A stretch of 64,000 bases of DNA, from assembly GCA_028688055.1 (NCBI GenBank), contig JAQTYZ010000004.1:33021-97020 (forward strand), in the 5' to 3' direction. Of the stretch, positions 18,918-26,497 are shown in pieces. The position numbers and the translations under genes are program-made. How positions within the stretch are numbered: position 1 is the first letter of the stretch; each line of letters begins with the position of its first letter. Under the pieces are notes generated by a model. The model saw nothing but the letters and a program-made list of their open reading frames with translations, ran no database searches and was not told the origin of the DNA. Origin of the DNA: Patescibacteria group bacterium. Its GTDB lineage: Bacteria; Patescibacteriota; Patescibacteriia; Buchananbacterales; UBA6539.

Positions 18918-19078
18918 CACACACCTTCCTTTCAAGTTGTCAAAGTTCATCATCTCCCTCTTTTTGCCACAAGGCATCAAGAGAAAAGCCCTCAACCTAG
19001 AGGACTTCTCAAAATAATAGATAGCACTATTACTTAGAGAAACACTCTAAGAAATGCGCTATGTTGATTATAAAAAAA

Positions 19079-19723
19079 TTATTTTACTAGCTGAAAGGAT
19101 TTAACTAAGTCATTATATACTTCTAAGTCTTTATCTAACTGATCAACATCAGTATTATCATACCTTCGGTGGAATCTAAGAACAACATAGATATTTTTAT
19201 TTGGAACATTAACGGAAGTATCTACTATTCTGATCCATATATTTGGGATAGTACTACCCTCAGGATCTTTGTAAGGTAGATCTCCGGATATTTTAACAAA
19301 ATTATTTCCGTTAGCAACAACTTCTTTTTCTACCACGTTGGTGATAATAGACATTTGTGATTCATTCAATGTATTTGGGCTATCTCCAATAGATACAGAA
19401 ATTTTTGCGTCTGGCAAATTAACATTACACGCAACTTTTGTATCAGATAAAATTAATAGGTTATCATAAGTATTTTGATCACAGCTATCTAGATACCACT
19501 GGAGTGGATACTTAAACTCAAACCCATACTCATCGTTTCTGTAAGTTTTCCAATCTGATGTATTGATATCGGCAGTGGTTGTTGCACTATTAGTATTTTG
19601 ATCAGCATTCACATTCTGCCCTTCAACATTGCTCAGGGTGACTGGTTTTTTATAACACCCCGAAACCACCGTGCTGACAGCAAGGACTATGAGGGTAAAA
19701 ATTGTTAGTTTAAGCTTGGTCAT
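19079..19723 (-). CDS. Lipoprotein, paralog B.
   Basis: 214 aa. VSGC lipobox, DWKTYRNDEYGFEFKYPLQW motif. Confidence 0.7.
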   Translation of the reverse strand: MTKLKLTIFTLIVLAVSTVVSGCYKKPVTLSNVEGQNVNADQNTNSATTTADINTSDWKTYRNDEYGFEFKYPLQWYLDSCDQNTYDNLLILSDTKVACNVNLPDAKISVSIGDSPNTLNESQMSIITNVVEKEVVANGNNFVKISGDLPYKDPEGSTIPNIWIRIVDTSVNVPNKNIYVVLRFHRRYDNTDVDQLDKDLEVYNDLVKSFQLVK

Positions 19724-19890
19724 ATTTTTGTAAAAAATAAAGCGCTCTAGGCGCTATGTCATTAAAACGATGTTGTAGTAATTATCATCAGTAAATATAT
19801 AGCGTGTGATCTAAAAAGTCAACGGCCACGAGATAGTAGGTGTGGGTTGAGCTGGGAGCTCGGTTGCTCACCATGAAATTGAGCGTGGTC
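19724..19890. repeat. Truncated third copy of the duplicated unit (the 3' end of a secreted-enzyme gene plus the intergenic terminator region).
   Basis: 19724-19817 matches 17703-17810 (ttttgtaaaaaataaagcgc...gatgttgtagtaattatcatcagtaaatatatag). 19818-19890 matches 17811-17880, the 3' end of the CHAP-like gene and the start of the identical block. Homology then breaks off abruptly. Confidence 0.7.
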
Positions 19891-19916
19891 GGCTAAATTC
19901 TTTGGTTTATAAATTT

Positions 19917-20432
19917 TCATAAATCATCGTGATCTTTCAAAACTTTATAATCATGCAAATTAATTCCGTATTTTTCATAAACCATTTTTGTTGTAATGGG
20001 AAAATGTTTTACATAACCCATTCTTTTTATTGCCTCTAACACCGCTGACTTGCTGCCACCTTCAATTTCGATATAGGGAGGAATCATTGGCCATTCTTCA
20101 ATGGTAATTTCCACATCATTCCATCTACAACTTTGTTCATAATTATATTGCTCAGCTATTAATTCACACCCCAATACTTTTAATAATTTAGCGGCTTTTT
20201 CAGGATTAACTTCAAATTCAAATTCTTCAATACCACCAATAGTATAAGTTTTATAATTTTTATAACTTAAAGTGTTATCTATTATTCTAATCCAGGCTTT
20301 GTCTTCTTTATTTGGGAGATCAAACACTAAACGCTTAATTAATCTTCGAGATGTAAACACTGCTCCATCTAGTTTTTCCTTTAATGAAGCAATGTCGATG
20401 TCTAATATTTTTGTTTCAAATTCTAAATCCAT
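19917..20432 (-). CDS. CYTH-domain protein (triphosphate tunnel metalloenzyme, class IV adenylyl cyclase-like).
   Basis: LEFETKILDIDIASLKEKL (ExExK-type N-terminal motif) ... IEIEGGS. An ATG at 20432 is preferred. An alternative GTG start at 20483 would add 17 aa. Confidence 0.6.
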   Translation of the reverse strand: MDLEFETKILDIDIASLKEKLDGAVFTSRRLIKRLVFDLPNKEDKAWIRIIDNTLSYKNYKTYTIGGIEEFEFEVNPEKAAKLLKVLGCELIAEQYNYEQSCRWNDVEITIEEWPMIPPYIEIEGGSKSAVLEAIKRMGYVKHFPITTKMVYEKYGINLHDYKVLKDHDDL

Positions 20433-20488
20433 AACATAATAAAGGGCAGGAGAAAGGAGACAGCTTCCTCTCTCCTGCCTCACGGTTA

Positions 20489-21403
20489 TTAGAGTTTGAG
20501 TCTATCGGCAACCAGTTGACCGCATCCGACCTTAATGTCCTTCATCGGGCCAAAGACGTAGGCGTTAGCGCCGGCTTCTTGAGCACAGCTCAGGAGCTGA
20601 TGATGCTGCGATTCTCCAACGCATCTCAAGCCATGAGCATCAGAACAATCCGTCGCATTGAGGAAGGAAAGCTTGAATTCAGAGCCATCCAATACTCCGC
20701 ATTGTTTCAGCCGTTCAACGGTACCCCTAACTACCTCTTCGTTGTCGTTGAACCCGGCAATGCAGATGAAATTGAATTTGATGCGGATATCAGGTCGCAA
20801 AGTCTTGATCTCACGGACCGCCAGCAGAACCTGCTCGGAATCGTAACCATTCCTATTGCCGAGAATATGTTTCAACTGGTCATTCTCGTAATGAGGGAAG
20901 GTCACTTGTAGTGCCTCCCAATTCGGGATCTCACGAGCTAATAATAACATACCCTCCGGCCTTGCGCCCATCGTTGAGATTTTAAACCTTGAGCCGGGAT
21001 AAAGCCCTAGGATCTCTTGGGCCGATGCGATGACCACTTTCGGTATCAGTGAAGATTCACCAATACCTTGATAGCAAAAATGCTTCGGCACTTCATCGTG
21101 CTCGGCCAAATCTGCCAAACAACAGGCCTGCTCGACAATCTCCTCGACGCTCAATAAAGACGCTTTGCCAAGATTGCCACTAGCGCAAAAAAGACAGCCA
21201 ATCGGGCATCCGAACATACTGGAGACTTCAATGGCATACCTGATCGGAACACCGTCATGCCTTTGCTCGTAAATCGAGCCTTCAATCATCTTGCCTGTCC
21301 GCCGGACCTTAAAAACGTAACGTCTTGCCCGCTGGCCATTGAAACACCGGCCAACATACGGATAGGCATCTTCAAACCGTTGCACGATCTCCATTGTCTT
21401 CAT
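20489..21403 (-). CDS. RlmN/Cfr-family radical SAM enzyme (RNA adenosine C2/C8 methyltransferase-like) lacking the N-terminal HhH domain.
   Basis: 304 aa. VSSMFGCPIGCLFCASGNLG matches VSSQVGCALGCTFCATG of RlmN, and YQGIGESS matches MGMGEPL. ISTMG and GCGQLVAD are also conserved. About 52% GC versus about 30% for the next gene downstream. Confidence 0.65.
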   Translation of the reverse strand: MKTMEIVQRFEDAYPYVGRCFNGQRARRYVFKVRRTGKMIEGSIYEQRHDGVPIRYAIEVSSMFGCPIGCLFCASGNLGKASLLSVEEIVEQACCLADLAEHDEVPKHFCYQGIGESSLIPKVVIASAQEILGLYPGSRFKISTMGARPEGMLLLAREIPNWEALQVTFPHYENDQLKHILGNRNGYDSEQVLLAVREIKTLRPDIRIKFNFICIAGFNDNEEVVRGTVERLKQCGVLDGSEFKLSFLNATDCSDAHGLRCVGESQHHQLLSCAQEAGANAYVFGPMKDIKVGCGQLVADRLKL

Positions 21404-21590
21404 TGCTCACACTCCTTTAACTAAAGGACATCACCTCCTCCCTTGCTTTAGGGTTAAGAGGCCAAGCCTTCCCCAATGGAAAACTTTTCTAAAAATAAAA
21501 CACAGCATTTTATTCTTAGAAAAAATTTCCAAGAATTTGCGCTATGTCGATTAAATTTATAAATTGAGTTTTTTAAATTTGTTTTGGCGT

Positions 21591-22007
21591 TTAAGCGTGA
21601 CTAGATTTTATTAATCCTTTCCGTAACATTCTTTTGGCATTCGGCCAGATAAAATTATAATTATCCAAATCATCGGCAGCCACCCATTCCATTTTACTAT
21701 GTTCATGGCTCAAACTTATCTGGTCATTATCATTTTTTATTAAATAAGCCACACCGCTGTAAGGTTTACCTGAAGACGAATACCAAACATCAAAATCGAT
21801 TAAATCAATGATCTCAAAATCAGACAAATTCAATTCCTCTTTAATTTCTCTTCTAAAGGCGGCTTCGCCATTTTCTTTTTCATCAATTCTTCCTCCCGGC
21901 AATCCCCAGTAACCGCGCCGGTCCGAAAATTCTAAAACTAAACATTTGTTATTTCTGACTAAAACTGCCACTTGGCTGATCGTAAATTTTTCAAATTTTT
22001 TATTCAT
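21591..22007 (-). CDS. NUDIX hydrolase.
   Basis: Nudix box GLPGGRIDEKENGEAAFRREIKEELNL. Confidence 0.85.
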   Translation of the reverse strand: MNKKFEKFTISQVAVLVRNNKCLVLEFSDRRGYWGLPGGRIDEKENGEAAFRREIKEELNLSDFEIIDLIDFDVWYSSSGKPYSGVAYLIKNDNDQISLSHEHSKMEWVAADDLDNYNFIWPNAKRMLRKGLIKSSHA

Positions 22008-22115
22008 AGATCTAAAAAATATGTACAGTCATACTCTTAGAGAAAGTCTCCAAAATGCGCTATGTATAGTTAAACTATCCTACACAAATTTTAAATTAAA
22101 ATTAAAATAAAAAAA

Positions 22116-22769
22116 TTAATTAATAAATCTAAAGGAATCTATTAACCCAAAATAAACTTTATCAATTTCAGCATTAATTTCCTTCGAGCCAAGATTTACT
22201 TTAGATATTGAATATTGTTTATAATTCTTAAAAATATCAGTTTCAACCCCTAAATAATCAGAACTTTGGACTGCATGGTCGCTTCTTTCAATTGATACTT
22301 CTTTGACAACACCCCCTCTATTGTCTTTTATATTGATTAAGTCACTCCTCCAATTATTAAAGGAAAAATCACGACTAATACTAATAACATTTATACTTAT
22401 CAAATAAGTAATGGATCCCTCAAGAGCATAAGAATTTCGACTATCTCTAAATTCAACAATGCCAGAAGAGCTTATTTTATATTCCCAACTTTTAGGATAT
22501 TTAAATTCAAACCCATACTGATCATTTCGGTAAGTCTTCCAACTTGGAGTATCAATCTCAGCCGTGGTAGTGGAAGTATCGGCATTAACATTTTCATTCA
22601 GATTAACATTCTGATTCTCATTCTGGATTCCCGTCGGCACGGGAATGACAGCGTTGGTATTAGTATTTGTATTGTCATTCTGAACTTGTTTCAGAATCTG
22701 ACACCCCGAAACCACCGTGCTGACAGCAAGGACTATGAGGGTAAAAATTGTTAGTTTAAGCTTGGACAT
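22116..22769 (-). CDS. Lipoprotein, paralog C.
   Basis: 217 aa. VSGC lipobox, SWKTYRNDQYGFEFKYPKSWEY motif. Confidence 0.7.
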   Translation of the reverse strand: MSKLKLTIFTLIVLAVSTVVSGCQILKQVQNDNTNTNTNAVIPVPTGIQNENQNVNLNENVNADTSTTTAEIDTPSWKTYRNDQYGFEFKYPKSWEYKISSSGIVEFRDSRNSYALEGSITYLISINVISISRDFSFNNWRSDLINIKDNRGGVVKEVSIERSDHAVQSSDYLGVETDIFKNYKQYSISKVNLGSKEINAEIDKVYFGLIDSFRFIN

Positions 22770-22964
22770 ATTTCATCATTTCTCTGATTATTCTAGCATT
22801 AAAGTCCTATTATCGGGAGCCCAGGCTCAATCCACCTTCATCAAGTACTCTTTGCGGGCTCCAGGCTCAACATAGCGCGAAAAGCTCAAGGACCCGCAAA
22901 GAACATTTGATAACATTGGCGGACAAACACCGCGCGAAAGCTCAAAGCTCCCGATAATAACCCT

Positions 22965-23195
22965 CTACGCCCGACTCAATAAACGGCACTCTAGCGTATT
23001 GCCGTTTGGTAATTTGACTGTCACCTGACTCGGATAACGCTTGCCTAGCAACGCCCTGGCCAAAGGCGACAGATAGGAAATGACGCCGTGTTTCGGATCG
23101 CCGGTCGGCACGTCAACAATTTCCAGCTCCCTTATCGCACCGTCCAAAATCACTTTAACTTTGTCGCCGATATTAACTGTATAGTTGCTACTCAT
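22965..23195 (-). CDS. Small GreA/GreB C-terminal-domain-like protein.
   Basis: 76 aa. ISYLSPLARALLGKRYPSQVTVKLPNG resembles the GreA C-terminal FKBP-like domain (SPIGKALLGK...). Confidence 0.5.
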   Translation of the reverse strand: MSSNYTVNIGDKVKVILDGAIRELEIVDVPTGDPKHGVISYLSPLARALLGKRYPSQVTVKLPNGNTLECRLLSRA

Positions 23196-23410
23196 ATAAT
23201 TTTTTAATTTCTAATGAGGTTATCCACTTATTTTCGCGACGGCGGAGCAAGCCGACGGCGCTAGTTCATCTTTTTAAAAAAATTCCACCGGCATTAATTT
23301 ATTGAGTGGTATTTTTTTAAAGTCCGCTTTAATTTTATTTTTCGCGACGGCGCAATGTGTTGCGACGGCGCAATTTCTATATTCATCTTAGCAAATTTAT
23401 TAACTTTGTC

Positions 23411-23436
23411 AAGAAAAACCCCGCCTCGGCGGGGTT
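23411..23436 (-). terminator. Rho-independent terminator of the 24992-23458 operon.
   Basis: Minus strand has a CCCCGCC/GGCGGGG stem followed by TTTTTCTT. Confidence 0.65.
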
Positions 23437-23457
23437 TAGATCAAAACTAAATAAAAA

Positions 23458-24060
23458 TTATTTTTTGATAAACTTTTGATACGCCTCGTCGGCATCAATT
23501 AAATCCTCAATTTTATGACGCAAAAAATCCGCTTTCGAAATTTTAGTATTATGAGTTTTCCATTGCAAATATCTTTCAATTCTCGAGGTAATGCGCAAGG
23601 TAAATTTAATGGTCGGCACTTCACGCCCTTCACCTTTCTCCACATTTTCCAAAAATTCAGTTATGACGCTGCCCAAACTCTTCTCATTATAATTTGCCAG
23701 CGTCAACAAACGCGAAGTGTTTTTATCTTTTTGTAAATGAAGCAAATTTTTATTAAGCAGTTTGCCTTTTTCCACCAAATACAAAATCGGTTTTTGATGA
23801 GTCAACGCAATCGCAATTAGATAGCCACTTTCCGGCACCGTTCGACTGCCTTCGATAACCAGCGCATCCATTCGCTCAATCAAAACTTCGCCCGACTGAT
23901 TAATTTTTTCCAAATCTTGGCTGGAAAATCCGCTGACACTGCGATCCACCAAGTTACTCATAATCAAAACGCCCGACGCCGTCAAAATCTCAATAATTTT
24001 TGAGAAATTTTTCTGCAGTCTTTCCTCGGCTTGATTGTCGGCGGTAAAGTATATTCTCAT
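23458..24060 (-). CDS. Hypothetical protein with a nucleoside 2-deoxyribosyltransferase-like (Rossmann/SLOG-like) N-terminal half and a possible RHH-like C-terminal tail.
   Basis: 200 aa. MRIYFTADN ... ALVIEGSRTVPESGYLIAIAL resembles the NDT-like fold pattern. Weak. Confidence 0.35.
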   Translation of the reverse strand: MRIYFTADNQAEERLQKNFSKIIEILTASGVLIMSNLVDRSVSGFSSQDLEKINQSGEVLIERMDALVIEGSRTVPESGYLIAIALTHQKPILYLVEKGKLLNKNLLHLQKDKNTSRLLTLANYNEKSLGSVITEFLENVEKGEGREVPTIKFTLRITSRIERYLQWKTHNTKISKADFLRHKIEDLIDADEAYQKFIKK

Positions 24061-24062
24061 AA

Positions 24063-24992
24063 TTATGTTTTGATTATTTCGCCGGCCACATCTTTAGCCA
24101 TCAGTTCACGAATTTTTGAAATATTTTTCGTTTGTCCCAATACCCACATCAACTTCGTCACGGCGGCGGGCCAAGTGATATCAGACACAATAATCAAATT
24201 TTTCGGCAAAATAATTTGATTTCTGATTTTATCAGACCAGATGACCACCGGTAAATCGTTGGTAATTTTTTCCAAAAAAAACAACACATCCGCCGGCAAA
24301 TTGAGATAACTACTGGCGTCAATGATAATCGCGTCGCGATCAATTACCTTTTTTGCCAACGTCCGTAAATTAATTACCGGCGCTAAAGTTAGAACTTCGA
24401 TATTGCCGTTGAGGTCGGCTACTAATTTAGTCACGCCTTTATTTTTAGTAATCAACTTATCGGCCAGGCGGATACTAAAATCAATTCGTCCTAAAACCGC
24501 TGACGGACTGGCCGTAAATAAATTAAGTGATTCATCAGCCGAGCGAACGGCTTGATTAGCGCGAAGCAAACGATTCCCAAACATTAAACCGACATCGCTA
24601 TATTGATAACCCGCGGCCTGAACGGCATTAATCAAATTAGCCTTAACTTCCAATTTGCGGTCTGACTGGCTGACATAATGTCCGCCGGTAAAAATAACCG
24701 GCTTGGTTAAATTTGTCAGCATAAAAGAAATCGCCGAACTTGAGTACAAAATATTATCAACATCATGAAAAACGACAAACCCATCAACCGCTTTTAGGCG
24801 GGCAAAAATTTCGGCCGCCAAATTCTGCCAAACTTCAGGGATAATGTCCGCCGACGGCTTATCAAAAACCACCACCGGTTCGATGTCAGCCAAAATACCA
24901 ACTTCCGGCATCTGACTAAACCAATGGTCGGGTCCAATGGTCGCATTTTGACCGCAGAGTAAAAAACAAATTTTTTTTCGGTTTGTTACCAT
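24063..24992 (-). CDS. Asparaginase/GatD-family protein with diverged catalytic motifs.
   Basis: 309 aa. ICFLLCGQNATIG sits in place of TGGTIAG, and FVVFHDVDNIL in place of ITHGTDTME. Collinear with type I asparaginases but without the nucleophilic Thr residues. Confidence 0.55.
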   Translation of the reverse strand: MVTNRKKICFLLCGQNATIGPDHWFSQMPEVGILADIEPVVVFDKPSADIIPEVWQNLAAEIFARLKAVDGFVVFHDVDNILYSSSAISFMLTNLTKPVIFTGGHYVSQSDRKLEVKANLINAVQAAGYQYSDVGLMFGNRLLRANQAVRSADESLNLFTASPSAVLGRIDFSIRLADKLITKNKGVTKLVADLNGNIEVLTLAPVINLRTLAKKVIDRDAIIIDASSYLNLPADVLFFLEKITNDLPVVIWSDKIRNQIILPKNLIIVSDITWPAAVTKLMWVLGQTKNISKIRELMAKDVAGEIIKT

Positions 24993-25085
24993 AAAATTGC
25001 GCCGTCAGTGTTAATTGCGCCGTCACAATTATTTTACCGCTTTTAAAGGTAAAAAACAAACCCCGCCGGATATTCCATTGGGGTC

Positions 25086-25535
25086 TTAAGTCGGTTGGCC
25101 CGACTGGCGTTCGGCTTGGTCCAAAGTTCTGCTTGCCAAAGCCATTGGCATTGGCTCAGGTTTCACAAAACGCAGCTGCTCCTCAAAAAATGAGCCGAGC
25201 CGATAAAGCGAAATGATTGGCGCAATCTGGGCCCTTGATTGAAAGATCAACTGCCACTCGGCGTTGCGGCGAATGGCAATGGCGGCCAGCTCAATTAGCA
25301 CAGCAATAACATCACTGCCAAAACCTTCGCCGTCCGCGGTTCTCAGCGCCACGAAATCGACTTCCAGTCTTTGCCAGTGATTAGACTGGCGAATTTTTTT
25401 CATCGCCCAAAAGACTCGAGCGACATTGCCACACATATTCCAAACGCCCGATAGACGCAAAGAATAAGTTTTAGTTGAGCGTCGATAAACTAGCGACGCT
25501 CGGACTTTATGGCCTTTTTTGAAAAGTCCAAACAT
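25086..25535 (-). CDS. Hypothetical protein, GC-rich.
   Basis: Start set at MFGLFKKGHK with GGAGG 8 nt upstream. A terminator hairpin lies downstream at 25040-25075. Confidence 0.4.
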   Translation of the reverse strand: MFGLFKKGHKVRASLVYRRSTKTYSLRLSGVWNMCGNVARVFWAMKKIRQSNHWQRLEVDFVALRTADGEGFGSDVIAVLIELAAIAIRRNAEWQLIFQSRAQIAPIISLYRLGSFFEEQLRFVKPEPMPMALASRTLDQAERQSGQPT

Positions 25536-25695
25536 CGCGCTACCCTCCATCGGTTGTCAGACACTTGGTTAAGTATAACTAAAAAATTAAAATAAAAAAA
25601 AGAGCTACAAGGGGGATGGCTTGTAACTCGAGAGGGTTAAGTTGCCCGTAAGGCAACAGAGAGCAGAACAACGCTACCCTGCGAAAGCCGATGGG

Positions 25696-25866
25696 CTACC
25701 AGTTCGCGAGAGCCGCGTTTGCGTTCGTCAGATTGACGTCGTTGCCGCCGTTTTCTTTGGCGTTCGGGTTGGCGCGTCCGCGTGCCAGATTCGTCGGATT
25801 GCCGTTCGTCGTGTTTGCCGGATTGCCTTCCTGATGGTGCGCCTTGACGGGGCCGGACTGCGTGAT
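25696..25866 (-). CDS. Small (57 aa) low-complexity Asn/Gly/Pro/Ala-rich protein. Hypothetical.
   Basis: GGAGG 8 nt upstream of ATG. Product is MITQSGPVKAHHQEGNPANTTNGNPTNLARGRANPNAKENGGNDVNLTNANAALANW. A hairpin-plus-T-run terminator lies about 70 nt downstream on the minus strand (25588-25625). Confidence 0.3.
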   Translation of the reverse strand: MTQSGPVKAHHQEGNPANTTNGNPTNLARGRANPNAKENGGNDVNLTNANAALANW

Positions 25867-26497
25867 CATAGGATGTTCCTCCAAAACGTTGGACGTTGTT
25901 GTTTTCCGCTGCCCGCAACGGGCAATCGGAGATACTACTCGAGACTAGCCGTGCTCAGGGCTTCCTTGGTGTTGTCACAATTGCGACATTACTTTAGAAG
26001 CCATTGGCCGCAAATCCCCGAAACGCCGTAGCGTTTCCCTTATTGGCCTTTGACAGCCCTCCGTTTTGTCACTGAAAGCGACAAACACTTTGGTTGCCTA
26101 AGCAGCTGCTATAAAAAAAATCCTAACAAATTAATAAAAAAAATGCAAGCGTTTCTCAACAAAATAACGTCCTCCCCGCACAGCGCTACGCTCGTGCGTG
26201 GTTTTCCTGAGCTCCGCTATTCGCTAGCCCCACGGCGTCATACTGAACTTGCTTTGGAATTAGAATTTTATGCCGCCCCTTCTTTTTTTGTCATGCCGAA
26301 TGACGCTTGCTCCGCCGTGGCGGTGGGTTCGGTATCTCTAGCGATCCTTTGACCTCCGCTAAGGCGGGGCAAACAAACTTAGGATAACAGATAAAACAAG
26401 ATGACAGACAAAAAAATGTCATTCCCGCATCCGCTCGGGGTTTCCTTTTGGGCAAGAAAAAGCCCAGCGCGAGCTGAACCTTCATTAACGACAAAAA

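Noticed and set aside
20489-21403. Viperin-like (pVip) antiviral radical SAM.
   Set aside because: The Cys cluster and downstream motifs align with RlmN/Cfr (VSSxxGCxxGCxFCA, MGMGEP-like, GCGQL), not with viperin (CNYxCxFC followed by GGEP).
25630-25760. Possible RNase P RNA. The sequence GCAACAGAGAGCAGAACAACGC resembles the conserved GCAACAGAGAGCAAACCGCC region.
   Set aside because: No P4 strands (GGAAAGUCCGGGC / ACAGAAxCCGGCUUA) or other universal RNase P elements could be found on either strand nearby, so the match is probably chance.
25696-25760. Possible tmRNA tag reading frame. The minus-strand ORF ends in ...NANAALANW, reminiscent of ANDENYALAA-type tags.
   Set aside because: No tRNA-like domain (GGUUCGAxUCC T-loop, acceptor pairing, CCA) is present downstream. 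The frame is a 57-codon ORF with its own SD and ATG.
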